From contig NW_021834154.1 of the NCBI RefSeq assembly GCF_006345805.1, positions 1 to 58,874 on the forward strand: DNA of 58,874 bases. The letters are read 5' to 3'. Position 1 is the stretch's first letter. Each line of letters starts with the position of its first letter. Both the position numbers and the translations under genes were made by a program. Shown piece by piece: positions 24,057 through 37,060 of this stretch. The notes beneath the pieces were generated by a model. The model was not told where the DNA came from. It did not search any database and was given only the letters and a program-made list of their open reading frames with translations. The DNA is from Octopus sinensis (taxonomy: Eukaryota).

Positions 24057-25787
24057 GCACGCGGGGTGCTCAACCACGGATATATGAGTGATAATGATAA
24101 ATAGATATAGAGAGCGAGAAGTGAAAAGGAGATATATATTTCTAATCATTATATTATACGCTTATTACTGTTACATGTGTCGGGTGTGTGTGTGTGGTGT
24201 GTGTGTGTGTGTGTGTGTGTGTACGCGCGTGTGTATTTGTTAATTTGTAATACTAAATAGGGAGCCACATTGCATAGTCTATCAAAACAAGGAAATATAA
24301 ATGCCCATCTATAATTTAAGTAGGAATCTTAATGAAAGAACAATTTTTGTTTGAACGACTCTTCTTTGTCGGAAATATCAAAGAAATGGAGCGAGAGAGA
24401 GGAAGAGAGAGAAAAAGAGAAAGGGAAAAAGAGAAGGAAGAGAACAACTGAATATATACTTGCATTCATACATAGATAGTATATACATACGAGCATTCAT
24501 ACACACACTCTTGCTTGACCACATACACACACATACACACATACATACATACATACATACATACATACACGTACATACATACACATGCATACATGCATAC
24601 ATACATGCATGCATTAATACATACATACATTCATACATACATACACACACATACATACATACATACATACATACATACATACATACATACATACATACAT
24701 GCATGCATTCATACATGCATACATACACACACACATACACACACTCATACATACATACATACATACATACATACATACATACATACATACATACATACAT
24801 TTAATTACCATTATATAGTACTTAGAAACTGTACTGAGATTTCAGTATATATAGTTTCTCTAACAACGTGGTCGGTTTTGCAAACAAACTAAAGGACAGA
24901 GAGAGAGAGGAAGTACTCTTGTATGAAACAATTTCTCATAAACAAAGACGTTCTCAAGTACCGTGGCGCTATATAGCAGATGCATTGCGGTAGTATTTTT
25001 AGACTGCATAGAGAGATAGGCAGAGTCAGTAATCGTAGTTCAATCCGCGTATATTAAAACTGCTGAGAAGAAAAAAAATCATTGTCAACTTGGTTGTCAC
25101 TGAAGCAAGTATATACGAAGATAAAACAAAATTAAGCTAACTAAAGGAATACTTCAGTATGATGGCCTATCTCGCCACCGCTCATTCTCATAGGTAACCT
25201 TTATCAGTTATTATTAAGGAAGCAACGTATTTACATACTTAGCTCAATAGAAAATAGCAATATACAACAAATCTAATGTCAGTCCTTTTTTGTTGATGAC
25301 CTAAATTCTAATACTTATAGCATTAAAAGACAATTAGATTTGGTCACGAATTTCTCGCAAGATAGAGTAATAGAATTCGGTAGAATCATGAACTAGACAA
25401 CGAATAATGACAACAGTGATTTGCTATTTATCTTGTCCTCGATGACAGAAGAACCTCGTACTGTAAATAAATGTAAATTCACGAAAGAATAATTCAGCTA
25501 AGTTCAGAACGTCTGGTAGGTGGAGTCATACTTCTATATCTATTCAATACGATTGCAGTGCTAATTATCTGAGAAAAAATATTAGTATTGCTACACTGAA
25601 CGCTTGTAAAAACTACAATCAGGGCAAGGAAACAACATGAAATTTTAACAACATTGCACCAGTAACTTTTACGGTAGTGACATTGGCATTTATCTTAAAT
25701 TCAAGAGCGTAAAAAAAAAAAATAAGACAGTAAGGTTGCCAGAAGATACTGCTAGTCTAGACAGCTTCTTACAATATCATTTCAACC

Positions 25788-26133
25788 GAAGAAGAAGAAG
25801 ATGAAGAAGAAGAAGAAGAAGATTGAAGAAGAGAAGAAGCAAGAAGAAGAAGAAGAAGAAGAAGAAGAAGAAGAAGAAGAAAGAAGAAGGAAGAAGAAGA
25901 AAGAAGAAGAGAAGAAGAGAAGAAGAAAGAAGAAGAAGAGATAAGAGGAAGAAGAAGAAGGAAGAAGAAGAAGAAGAAGAAGAAGATAAAAGAAAGAAGA
26001 AGAAGAAGAAGAGAAGAAGGAAGAAGAAGCAGAAGAAGAAGAAGAAGAAGAAGACGAAGAAGAAGAAGAAGAAAGAAGAAGAGAAGAGAAGAAGAAGAAG
26101 AAAGAAAGAAGAGAAGAAGAAGAAGAAGAGAAG
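25788..26133. repeat. (AAG)n microsatellite
   Basis: Direct inspection. Confidence 0.95.
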
Positions 26134-26204
26134 AAATAAACATTTCCGAATTTTAGTCGAATGTAACCACCCCAGTACTTATTACATGTATATTTATCTG
26201 TATA

Positions 26205-27300
26205 TACACTGGGTGTTCATTAAGGATTTCCCCTAACTCACTTCCCAAAGACTGGGATAACCGAAACTTAGAGTAATTATAAGTCTACATAGCCACCACC
26301 AATGGTAACACACTTCTCCCAGCGCTTTAAGCAGCTGTGAAGGCCTCGTCTGTAGAAATTGATAGGTTGCGTCTGGAGGCAAGACTTTCTCTCGGACATA
26401 AGTTCATCTATCATCTGTAAAAGTAATTTCCCTTCAAAAAATACTTCATATTTGGAAAGAGGTAGAAGTCAGACGGTGTGAGGTTCGGAGATTAAGGGGA
26501 ATGAGGGAGAATCTCATCGCTGCAGGAGTGTGCTTTCATCTGGACAACATGCGCATTGTGAACTGGGGTGTAATCTTGAAGGAGGCGGAATACTTTGGTC
26601 AGCATACCACGCCTCTCTGCTTTGACGGCGTCCCGCAATTTTTGCAGCAGAGAAGCATAATATGCTCCGTGAATTATGGCGTCTTTTGCCAGAAAATCCA
26701 TCATCTCTACTCTGTGCTGGTCCCAAAAGACTGAGCATCACCTTGCCCGCTGAGGGTTGAACACGAGCCTTCTATGGAGGCGGAGAGTTATCATGCTTTC
26801 ATTGCTTCGACTGGACTGTAGCCTCAGGATCATAGTGATGGACCCATAGACCCATGTTTCATCCTGTGTGATAAATCTACCGAAAATATCCTCCTTGATT
26901 TCTCGGCACATTACCAAAAGAACCTGGGAGCTATTGACACGTTCGCTCCTGCTTCTGAAAAGGTGTCAGCATCCAGGGAATCCATCGTGCAGATAACTTC
27001 CGTGTCTGCAAATGGTCGTGAATGATTATTTCCACGGGCTCTACACTTATCTTCATTTCTTAAGCTAGTTGCAGAATAGTTATGCGGCGATCCCCCACAA
27101 TGGCAGCTTCCACTTTATGGATGGTGTCGTCTTCAGTGGCGGATTCTAGTAATACAGGAATAGGAGCAGTTTTCACTGATGTCCGACCACATTTGAACTG
27201 GCGATGCCAGAACTTGATTACTTCGTATGATAAACTTCTTTCATCGCATCGAAAGTCTCTTTTGGTGTACAACCTTTCAAGTATAAATATCTGATCACTG
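26205..27300 (-). mobile_element. Decayed mariner transposon
   Basis: Minus-strand fragments: VIKFWHRQFKCGRTSV..VEAAI..DRRITI..LA (HTH), YYASLLQKLRDAVKAERRG..LLQD..PVH, LPHSP*SPNLTPSDFYLFP. Confidence 0.9.
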
Positions 27301-27304
27301 ATCT

Positions 27305-27342
<38 letters not shown>

Positions 27343-29189
27343 ACGCACGTACACACACACACTCACACACATACAAGGAAAAGTTCACAATGACTTCAAA
27401 GTTTCAGCTCAAATGCCTTCGTCAAATAGTCATTGACGAAGTTAAAAGTAATACTCTATTTATACGTACGTACTGAATGATTCTTCAATTATTTTGACTG
27501 TTTTTACATATAACTATGCATAAAGAACAAACACTAATATATGTCTATATATTCATATGTATGTATGCATATATGATATTGTGGTAAGCTTAGCATACAT
27601 ATTTAACCCAAGAATGAACAAAAAACATCAAATAACAAACATGACGTCTTCAGGCTGCCACAATGTGATAAAAAATCTCAGATATATCTTTAACGTTGTA
27701 GAACGTTAAAGATATACCATTATATAACTTTATGTATACTGTGTGTAGTATGATACCTACCAATGAAACTGTTCTTATAAGAATTATGTCCGTAGGAAAG
27801 AGTACACTCATGAAAAGACCAAAGGCACCATAGATACAGAATATATTCACATGTTTTAAAACAGAAATGTTTTGAAACATTTAGATGATATCTTCTCGCT
27901 CTCGCATCGATTTTTTTTACTAAAGGCAGCAAAAATATATATACAGTTGTGAAGATAAGCTGTTGCTTTTAAAGTTCCGAATACAGAGACTATCTCCAGT
28001 TAATTGATATGCAACTTACAGTTTGCGTTGTTTTTTTTGGGTTTTTTTTTCGTTTTTTTTTTTTTAATTTGCTAAGAGATATTTATTGAATCATATATAA
28101 TCAGTGGCACTCTTATATATGACACAAATGTTTACACACCAATCTAAGAAATACAGGAATTCTTTAGGAAAGAATAGAACAAACTTAATTACATTCTCTT
28201 GACGTATCGGTCATTGACAGAGAAATATGAAAAACCATTTCGAAAATTCTCCATTTGCATCCGTTAATGACAAATATTAGTACATTCGAACATGAATACA
28301 TTTATAGACTCATACATGTGAAAACATAAGCGTTGATTTAATTCGAAATCCAATAAAATAGATTTGCGGTTTGGTAGCTACAAGCACTTATGTGAGGGAA
28401 CAAGAAAACCTAAGCAATTATCAAGAAATACATATTTACATGTGGGTATATATATATATATATTATATATATATATATATTATTATATAGATATATACAT
28501 GTATATGTGTAAATAGACCATAAATACATACTTATAGCCTCCTGCACAATATTATTGGAATACCTTAGTGAAAATATCCTCTAAATAGAAACAAACGCAC
28601 TATTTTAGTAACATAGAATAAAAATAAATATGTAATTAAATAAATACGCAGGTAACCTGAAAATTGAGGAGATCAAGTGCCCGGAAGATATATCATATTC
28701 AAATAGGAGACATTTTAAAACGGTTACTTCGGAGACTAGAGCATCAATAGGAAGAGAGGGGAAGGGTATGGTTCCATTGAAATATAGTTCAGTTACAATC
28801 CCACAACGGCTTCTTTTTCTCTACTTTCCGTTGAAAGTCAATTGCCCGAAGCGTTTAACTTCCCCCACGACAATGGAATTTAACAACATTCTGCAAAATT
28901 CAAATTTAATTCAACTGTTGCATATACGCACACACTCTCACTGGTTCCCGTATTTCAGCTTTTAGCTAGCTTCAAAAGACTGATTATACGTTTACATTCG
29001 GTAATGTTGTCAAGAGTGCACAGAAATATGGAAATATTAGAGTCTTCGGATAAAGGAAAGAAAATAATTGATGGTTTCTTAAAATATAATCTGTAAGTAA
29101 CCATAGCCCTCGCAAACTAGTATAGCTTGGCAACATATGTTTTCACTAATTGCTTTTGGTGCCTATGTATTCACAATGTTAGATAGAGG

Positions 29190-29345
29190 GCAGCCTCAGT
29201 ACTTGCCTGATGTACACTTTCAGCTGAGTATACTTGAACAACGTGAAATACAGTGCCCTCCTCAGGTGCACAAACCGCCCGTGCAGATATCGAGCCCACG
29301 ACCTTTTGACTGGGAACCCAACACCGTAGCCACCAAGCTACGCGG
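29190..29345 (-). mobile_element. SINE family C (tRNA head plus V-domain-like body), diverged
   Basis: Minus strand GCGTAGCTTGGTGGCTACGG..GTCGTGGGCTCGAT..TATTTCACGTTGTTCAAGT..CTCAGCTG, related to 42900-43140. Confidence 0.6.
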
Positions 29346-29369
29346 AATAGTTAAGATATACAATATATA

Positions 29370-29834
29370 TTTCTTTACTACCCACAAGGGGCTAAACATA
29401 GTGGGGACAAACAAGGACAAACAATGGTATTAAGTCGATTACATCAATCCCAGTGCGAAACTGGTACTTTATTTATCGACCCCAAAAGGATGAAAGGCAA
29501 GGTCGACCTCGGCGGAATTTGAACTCAGAACGTAACGACAGACGAAATACCTATTTCTTTACTACCTACAAATACCTATTTCTTTACTACCTACAAATAC
29601 CTATTTCTTTACTACCTACAAGGGGCTAAACACAGAGAGGACAAACAAGGACAGACAAACGGATTAAGACGATTACATCGACCCCAGTGCGTAACTGGTA
29701 CTTATTTAATCGACCCCGAAAGGATGAAAGGCAAAGTCGACCTCGGCGGAATTTGAACTCAGAACGTAGCGGCAGACGAAATACTGCTAAAGCATTTCGC
29801 CCGGCGTGCTAACGTTTCTGCCAGCTCGCCGCCT
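29370..29834 (-). mobile_element. SINE family B with tandemly duplicated body, 25-mer x3 and TSD
   Basis: Head ends at CCAGCTCGCCGCC (~29833). AAATACCTATTTCTTTACTACCTAC occurs three times at ~29545-29620. AAGATATACAATATAT lies on both flanks (~29353, ~29838). Confidence 0.92.
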
Positions 29835-30421
29835 TCAAAGATATACAATATATTTCTGTAGGTTAGTTTATCTATGACAGTAGGTTTTGCAGAGTGTCGA
29901 AATTACATTAAGTGACTCTTGAACAATTTACGCTCAATGATGCAGGTAAGGCGTTATATTACTCACCTAAAGTTATTTAAACGGACACTGAGTCTTAAAG
30001 TGCAACTGTATTTGCTGCTACTGTTTCAGTGATATACTGTGCAGTGATACTTTCTACTTAGAATTTCTTAGACGTTCTGCTTCCCAGACTTCTCCACACC
30101 TACTGCGAGTATCTCTTGAAATCAATGGACAGGTGAGCTTTCACGAATAACATCAATACAAAAGAAAATTCACTTTATTTCTAATCAGGAAATATTCATG
30201 GATATAATTACATTTGCTCCTTACTTACAGAACTAATCGTATTTACTTACCAAACGAAATAGTTACAGTTCCATCAAAACCTATTGATAAAAATTTTAAA
30301 TTATCTTGTGTCTTGAACATACATTTCTGTAAATATTATCAATACATACAAGTTTTTTTTCAAAACTGTTGGCCTCATCTATAAAGATGAAATATGTTTT
30401 AATAACTTTCTACATTTGATG

Positions 30422-30610
30422 CGCTGAGCTGGCACGCCGGGCAAAATGCTTAACCGCGTTTCGTCCGTCTTTACGTTCTGTTTACAAATTCAGCCGAGGT
30501 CGACTTTCATTCATTCTTACAGGGTCGATAAAACAAGTACCATTTGAATACTGGGGTCAATGTAATCGATTTATCCCTTCTCTAAAATTGCTGGTCTTGT
30601 ACCATAATTT
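30422..30610 (+). mobile_element. SINE family B, diverged
   Basis: GAGCTGG..CACGCCGGGCAAAATGCTTAA..GCCGAGGTCGACTTT..GGGGTCAATGTAATCGA. Confidence 0.8.
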
Positions 30611-31129
30611 GAAAGTAATATTTACCATGTTTCTTGATCTGAAGTATGCTAAATTTACATATATATATATATATATTGTGTCTGGGGAAAGTCATTTTCC
30701 TTTTGTGCCTTATTATTTAACACACACACCGGTAAAATTTCCACTCATTTACTTCTTTATTTTTTTCTAAAATTTTCGTTGCGTCTTGTAACCGTTTCAA
30801 CAGTCGTTATCCGAGCTGCGTTCTTTTTGTTTGTGCGCTTGTATACGGGTCAGTGTGCGTGTGCATACACATATGTATGTATTTAAGCATGTATGTGTGT
30901 GTCTGTATGTATATATGGGTGTGTGTATGTGCATATATGCATATATATATATACACCATACGACATTACACATCACATCATACATACACACGTCCAGACC
31001 TTTCATACGCACCACATACTCTCTCATACACACACGCACCCTTATGTTGGGGCAAAGTCATTTGACCCTGTTATCTCCCCTATTTTCGCTCTTGCGTCTC
31101 ACGTTTGGTCTCTGACTTCTGGCCAGAAT

Positions 31130-31340
31130 TGCCATGTTGAATCGCTAGCTTCTGCACACATTTTTTTCCTCTCCTTGTTTCTCTCCGTGTTTCTTTTCTG
31201 TGTATCTTTCTGTTGAAGAGCGTAGGCTCGAAACGTAAAAGACTTGTTTTATTATATTCCTGAGCGCCATACTAATACAATTGTTTGTTTGTACTCCCAC
31301 CTGCCTTCGTCTTTTGTTTATTTTCATAAAGCTTCCCGAT
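31130..31340 (+). mobile_element. Short HHR-bearing element (same family as 54225-54430)
   Basis: HHR-like TCTTT-CTGTTGA-A-GAGC(GTAG)GCTC-GAAAC-GTA-AAAGA at 31205-31242; ends in (TA)n. Confidence 0.75.
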
Positions 31341-31432
31341 ATATATATATATATATATAATATATATATATTATATTATATTATATATATATTATATATA
31401 TATATTATATATTAGATAGATAGATAGATAGC

Positions 31433-31505
<73 letters not shown>

Positions 31506-31506
31506 T

Positions 31507-31550
<44 letters not shown>

Positions 31551-31985
31551 TGTATGTATGCGTGTATATATGTATGTACGTTTGTATATATTCTGCATAT
31601 TCATGTGTTTGTATGTGTGTGTATGTGTGCTTGTTTGTTCATATTACCTGTGTATCTATCTATCTGTATGTCTACCTGTTTATCATATGTAATTTCACTC
31701 TACCCATCTACCCATTTTCACGGCATACGAAAAGCATCACCTCTGACCATTGCCAGACTTCGAGACTGTCAGGTAAAAGAGAAGGTAAAAATGCTATTCG
31801 TGGCTTGTTGCTAGCCACTGCTTTGATCCCTATAAATAACCCAGTTATAATCCAATGGCCACTGGTGAGTCTGTCAGAAAATGGGGCAGAGTCCTTATAT
31901 GTTACTCACGAGACCGAACGCATAGTCGCATCTAGTGGGGGAACTACTATCAGCTGGATCAGTGAGCCTCAAATTTAAAATCCCT

Positions 31986-32345
31986 GCAACGGACTGAAAT
32001 CCGCTAAGAGTCAAGTGATAGTCTTAAAACTGAATTACGCTGTTATCAGTAATGGCAAACCTTTTTATCCTAATTTGTTATTATAATTTCACTTACATTT
32101 ATAGATGAACTTTAGTCTTAGACAAATACTTTGAAGATAAGATTCTTATAAAATAATACTGCAATGGAATGAAATCCGCTAAGAGTCAAGTGGTGTTCTT
32201 AAAATTTGTTTTGGATCACGATGTTACCACTAATGGCAAACCTTTTTTTATTCTAATCTGATATTGTAGTTTTGGTTACATTTATAGATGAATTTTAGTC
32301 TTAGACAAATGCTTTGTAGATAAGATTCTTATAAAATGATATTGT
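31986..32345. repeat. Diverged ~175-185 bp tandem duplication
   Basis: GAAATCCGCTAAGAGTCAAGTG...TTTAGTCTTAGACAAAT..TTTG.AGATAAGATTCTTATAAAAT occurs twice. Confidence 0.9.
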
Positions 32346-32432
32346 AAGGTTGTTTTTTTCTTATTTTTCGAAGTCCATGGTGAGTTACCTCGTAAAGTAT
32401 AACTGCTGACATACGCTATTATCGGTTATGAA

Positions 32433-32727
32433 CAGGGATCCCCAACTACAAGGCCTCAAACCAGTACTGGGATGGGGATCATTTGGTAGCGGATTGCACA
32501 GAAAGAATAATTTTTCTTTTCTATTTCATTGACTATCACAGCTTCCAGGGTGTTTTTGCATTATATATGTATTACACATATAATAATATTGCATATATAT
32601 ATATATGAAATAATTAAAATATATGTTGTGCATTTTATTGTTCCGTTATGGACGTGATCCTCCGATCCGTGGAAAAAATGCTTTGCATGAAATCAGTCCG
32701 TGGAGCAAAAGAAGTTTGAGACTGCTG
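32433..32727. mobile_element. hAT/Charlie-like MITE
   Basis: Ends CAGGGATCCCCAAC and GTTTGAGACTGCTG with an internal GTCCGTGG motif, as in hAT MITEs. No clear 8 bp TSD. Confidence 0.5.
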
Positions 32728-32789
32728 GCCTGCAACTTCTTTAGATCCAACCATAAGGTTTTTATCACAACTAATAGTTGCTAATATTC

Positions 32790-33184
32790 TTTTCTACTCA
32801 AGGTACAAGGCCCGAAATTTTGGGTGAGGGGGCCAGTCGATTAACTCGACTCCAGTGCGTAACTGGTACTTAATTTATCACCCGCGAAAGGATGAAAGGT
32901 AAAGTCGACCTCGACTGAATTTGAACTCAGAATGTAAAGGCAGACGAAATACCTATTTCTTTACTACTCACGAGGGGCTAAACACAGAGAGGACAAACAA
33001 GGACAGACAAACGGATTAAGTCGATTACATCGACCCCAGTGCATAACTCATACTTAATTTATCGACCCCGAAAGGATGAAAGGCAAAGTCGACCTCGGCG
33101 GAATTTGAACTCAAAACGTAACGGCAGACGAAATACTGCTAAGCATTTCGTCCAGCGTGTTAACGTTTCTGCCAGCTCGCCACC
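32790..33184 (-). mobile_element. SINE family B with duplicated body
   Basis: GAAAGGATGAAAGG.AAAGTCGACCTCG..AATTTGAACTC appears twice (~32887, ~33070). Head ends CCAGCTCGCCACC. Confidence 0.9.
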
Positions 33185-33892
33185 TTAATAGCTACAAATA
33201 TTGCATTATATAAAAGTGGCGAATTCAGCGTGTAAGGTACATACTTCATGAAAGCCGAAACAGCGAAGCAAACTCAGTTCTTCATTGAAGTCAATTCACA
33301 TCAGTTAAGTGGCAAAGATATAAGCGACCAGTATTCTACTTTGATTGCCCTTAACAAAAACAAGATTTTTATGCTAAGAAAATTTCGTCAGACAAATGAA
33401 ATCAATATTTCATAATAAAGTAACACTATTTAATTAGATCTTCTTTGGCTTACCCTTTCTCATTACCTCACTTTCTCTCTCTTTCTCTCTCTCTCTCGCT
33501 CTCGTCTTCTCGCTCTCTCTCATGCGTGTGTGCGTGTTTGTATGCGTGTTAATTAATATCTAGATTTAATCTACATTTTCTTTCTCCACTTCGCCCCTCT
33601 CTCTCTTACTTTCTCTCACCTCTTATATAGAGATATCTATATATGTATGTACGTATGTATGTATATATCTACATATGTATGTATTCGTAATTTAATATAT
33701 GTGTATGTGTGTGTTTGTGTGTGTGTGTGTGTGAGTGTATTTATATTAATGAAATTAATGTCTCTTTATTTAATATTTAGATCGAATCCACTCCTTTCTC
33801 CTTTTCAGTGTATACGAGTGCATATATGTTTGTGTATATCAATGTTTCCACCGGTGTATAAAAATTACGACTGTATGTTGCTGTTTTTTTTT

Positions 33893-34070
33893 ATATACAC
33901 CATATTTAATCGTGTATAAGCTGCACCTTCTAATTTAGTGTTAAGTCTTGGAACAAAATATTTTCTCTTCACAGTTCTAGCTCTGCTCTGTATATAAGGC
34001 ACACCCCAGTTTTTGCCAGTTAAAATTGTATATAAAATACTAAAACTCATATCATATAAATACGGTATGC
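33893..34070. mobile_element. Degenerate pogo/Tigger-like MITE remnant
   Basis: CCATATTTAATCGTGTATAAGCTGCAC and a reverse TACCGTATTT end, similar in style to the element at 44097. Confidence 0.4.
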
Positions 34071-34175
34071 TGCAGTTAACGTGTTTCAAGTTAAAGGATC
34101 TTTATTTCTCATTTAATAACCCACCATTAAAACTGTAAAAATAGCGTTTGCTAGCTAGCTAGCTAGCTAGCTAGC

Positions 34176-34253
<78 letters not shown>

Positions 34254-34309
34254 GAATATGTGTGTATGCATGTGTGTATATAAATTATATATATATATAT
34301 ATATACATC

Positions 34310-34402
<93 letters not shown>

Positions 34403-34820
34403 GCGTGGTTCTGTGGTAAAAAGTTTACTTTCCAACCACACGATTCCAGGTTCAGTCCCACTATGTGTACGTGTTGAGCAAATGTCTGTTAGTATAGCAG
34501 ACCAAAGCTTTGTAAATGGTTTTGGTAGACTTAAACTGAAAGAACCCTGTCACATATATATACATTTCTTTACTACCCACAACGGGCTAAACATAGAGGG
34601 GACAAACAAGGACAGACAAAGGGATTAAGTCGATTACATCGACCCCAGTGCGTAACTGGTACTTAATTTATCGACCCCGAAAGGATGAAAGGCAAAGTCG
34701 ACCTCGGCGGAATTTGAACTCGGAACATAACGACAGACGAAATACTGCTACGAATTTCGCCCGGCGTGCTAACGTTTCTACCAGCTCGCCGCCTGTCACA
34801 TATATATATGCATGTATATA

Positions 34821-34858
<38 letters not shown>

Positions 34859-35065
34859 CACGCGTACGCGCGTGTGTAGGTGTGTTGTGTTTATGTCTGC
34901 ACGTGTCTCTGTGTTTGTCCCCACCACCGGTTGGCATCCAATGTTGGTTTATTTACGTCCCAATAATTTAACGGTTCTGCAAAAAGTGACCGATGGTACC
35001 AGACTGAAAAAATAGATACGTGCAGCCGCAGACTAATGACTAAAACAAGTATAAAGATAAAGAGA
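34403..35065 (+). mobile_element. SINE family A interrupted by a nested family B SINE
   Basis: Head at 34403-34550 and tail at ~34900-35065. Confidence 0.8.
34563..34793 (-). mobile_element. SINE family B nested in family A, with TSD
   Basis: CTGTCACATATATA lies on both sides (~34547 and ~34793). Confidence 0.92.
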
Positions 35066-35636
35066 TATATAATGAATATTGCTCACGCGCTCTCAGAACT
35101 AATTATCAAAAATCCGCATTTAATTAGAAATGCTAACTTTTGTTGTTTCAAATACATAATGACTATATTATTTATTTATTTATTTATTATTTAATTATTT
35201 ATTTATTTTGCTGCGTTCCATTTCATTATTTCAATTCATAGAACGGGGTTTAGTTTGAAGTGTTATCATTATGTAGTGTAAACTGTAAAGTCTTCTCCCC
35301 GCTGTTGTTTGTTTGTATAGAGATATTTATCCTCCTGCAAACGAAATAGCAAAAAACAAGCAATATGAAGTATAAAGACTGCGCTAGAAAACAAATCTGG
35401 ATATTACTAACAGAAAAAAAAATATTTTGCTTCCGAAATGTAAAATATTGAAGAGGAAAAAAAAAAACAGAGTAAACATACAAATTTACGGTTTGGCATT
35501 AGAAATATTCACAAGATCGATTAAGTAGAAATCAGACGATTAAGACGTTTTTGTCATTACGCTAAGTATATTTTGATGACAGCTGCTCAGAAATAAGGAA
35601 GACCCACATTGATGGTTTCCGGAACCATCATCATCA

Positions 35637-35697
<61 letters not shown>

Positions 35698-35989
35698 CAT
35701 CATTACTATTATTATTATTATCATTACTATTATTATTATTGTTATTGTTATTATTATTTATGCAATGCAGAACATCATTGAGTTTGTCTTGTAAGAGAAA
35801 AACGATTAAAGAAGAAAGAAGCGCGTCACAAGACAAAGATTATTGCAATTAATAAATGACAACGTGATAGGTGCTTAAATCTAGAATATACATACACCCA
35901 CATAACAGACAAGTATGTAATATGTAAGGAACACATTCAGAAGTTATTGAGAAAAAATACTTATCAGCGATTCAAGAAAACGATATATA

Positions 35990-36725
35990 TATATGGAAAA
36001 AAAGTCAAGGTAGAAAATGGTAAAATAATTTTACAAAAAACATTTCAGTACCGGTTTCAGTAAATGAGACTTTTCAACTGTAAGTATGGAAAACAATTAA
36101 ATTTTGGAAAAATTAAAAGAAAAGTTTTTTTAAAAGAATATTTGCATAGTATTCAAATACAAGGGGCATTTTTCTTGTCTCTGTCTCTCTTGTTTACTCT
36201 TGTGGGTTCGAGGTCGCTGTGAATTCTTGGCAGAGAAGAAGAAGAAGAAGGAGAAGAAGAAGAAGAAGAAGAAGAAGAAGAAGAAGAAGAAGAAGAAGAA
36301 GAAGAAGAAGAAGAAGAGAATACAATGATAGTAGTAGGATGTTAAATGGTCAAGTGACCTAAAAGTGACTCGTTGTGGATTATAGCAGTGATTGGGACTG
36401 TTTTTAATGAATTCTTGGATATCTCTTGAATGCATCATTTTTAATATTTGCGTGTATGTTTTTTGTGTTATTCTAAGGTCGTGGTGGATATGTCGTCTGT
36501 TGTAGATGCGTTCAAAAGGGGTCCTGTGTTTTATAATAAAGAGAATCTCTTTACTAATTCGTTGGCTACAGGTTGTATCGTCCCTGAATTGGTAGAGGCG
36601 AAAAATTATGAAGCTTGGATATTTTGTATTGGCGCAAATCTCAATGTGTTCGCTGAATGCTATTTTTCTGTTTTGGGGAATTTTGATCTGGGATCTGTGC
36701 AGAGCCATCCTTTGACGTAGACTGT
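35990..36725 (-). mobile_element. 5'-truncated Penelope-like element (GIY-YIG C-terminal half plus 3' UTR)
   Basis: Minus strand SLRQRMALHRSQI..FSEHIEICA..FII..LYQF..RISKEILFI parallels the 22450-22640 region of the + strand PLE. Internal (TTC)n; HHR-like motif at 36046-36080. Confidence 0.7.
36046..36080 (-). ncRNA. Degenerate or variant hammerhead motif (U3-A8-like)
   Basis: CAG-TTGAAAA-GT(CTCATTT)AC-T-GAAAC-CG-GTA-CTG. Palindromic ACCGGT; very short stems. Confidence 0.4.
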
Positions 36726-36726
36726 A

Positions 36727-36757
<31 letters not shown>

Positions 36758-36797
36758 ATAATAATTCTCTAAATGAGATATAGACAGTAACTGCTCC

Positions 36798-37060
36798 ATA
36801 ACATAAGGGACTAAAGCCATCTGAATATGGTTAGGGGCAGGGCAGGGTGGTGGGGGTGTTACTGTTGCATTTAGCCCCAGGCGAACATCAACGTCGCCAG
36901 ATAGGCTTGAAACAATCACGGCGTCCTCAGAGGACGCCGTGATGGTGTCAAGCCTATCTGGCGACGTTGATGTTCGCCTGGGGCTAAATGCAACAGTAAC
37001 ACCCCCACCACCCTGCCCTGCCCCTAACCATATTCAGATGGCTTTAGTCCCTTATGTTAT
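36798..37060. repeat. 263 bp near-perfect palindrome (131 bp arms, 1 nt centre at 36929)
   Basis: ...GGCGTCCTC-A-GAGGACGCC...; arms differ at two positions. Sequence is homologous to 12450-12600. Confidence 0.97.

Noticed and set aside
29545-29620. 25-mer repeated three times as a CRISPR-like array
   Set aside because: Head-to-tail repeats with no spacers, inside a eukaryotic SINE.
31700-31980. Possible host exon(s), given several GT/AG-like sites on both strands
   Set aside because: No consistent open frame or recognisable protein; cannot be supported without RNA-seq.
36448-36720. + strand 90 aa ORF as a host exon
   Set aside because: The opposite strand encodes a PLE GIY-YIG fragment, which explains the sequence.
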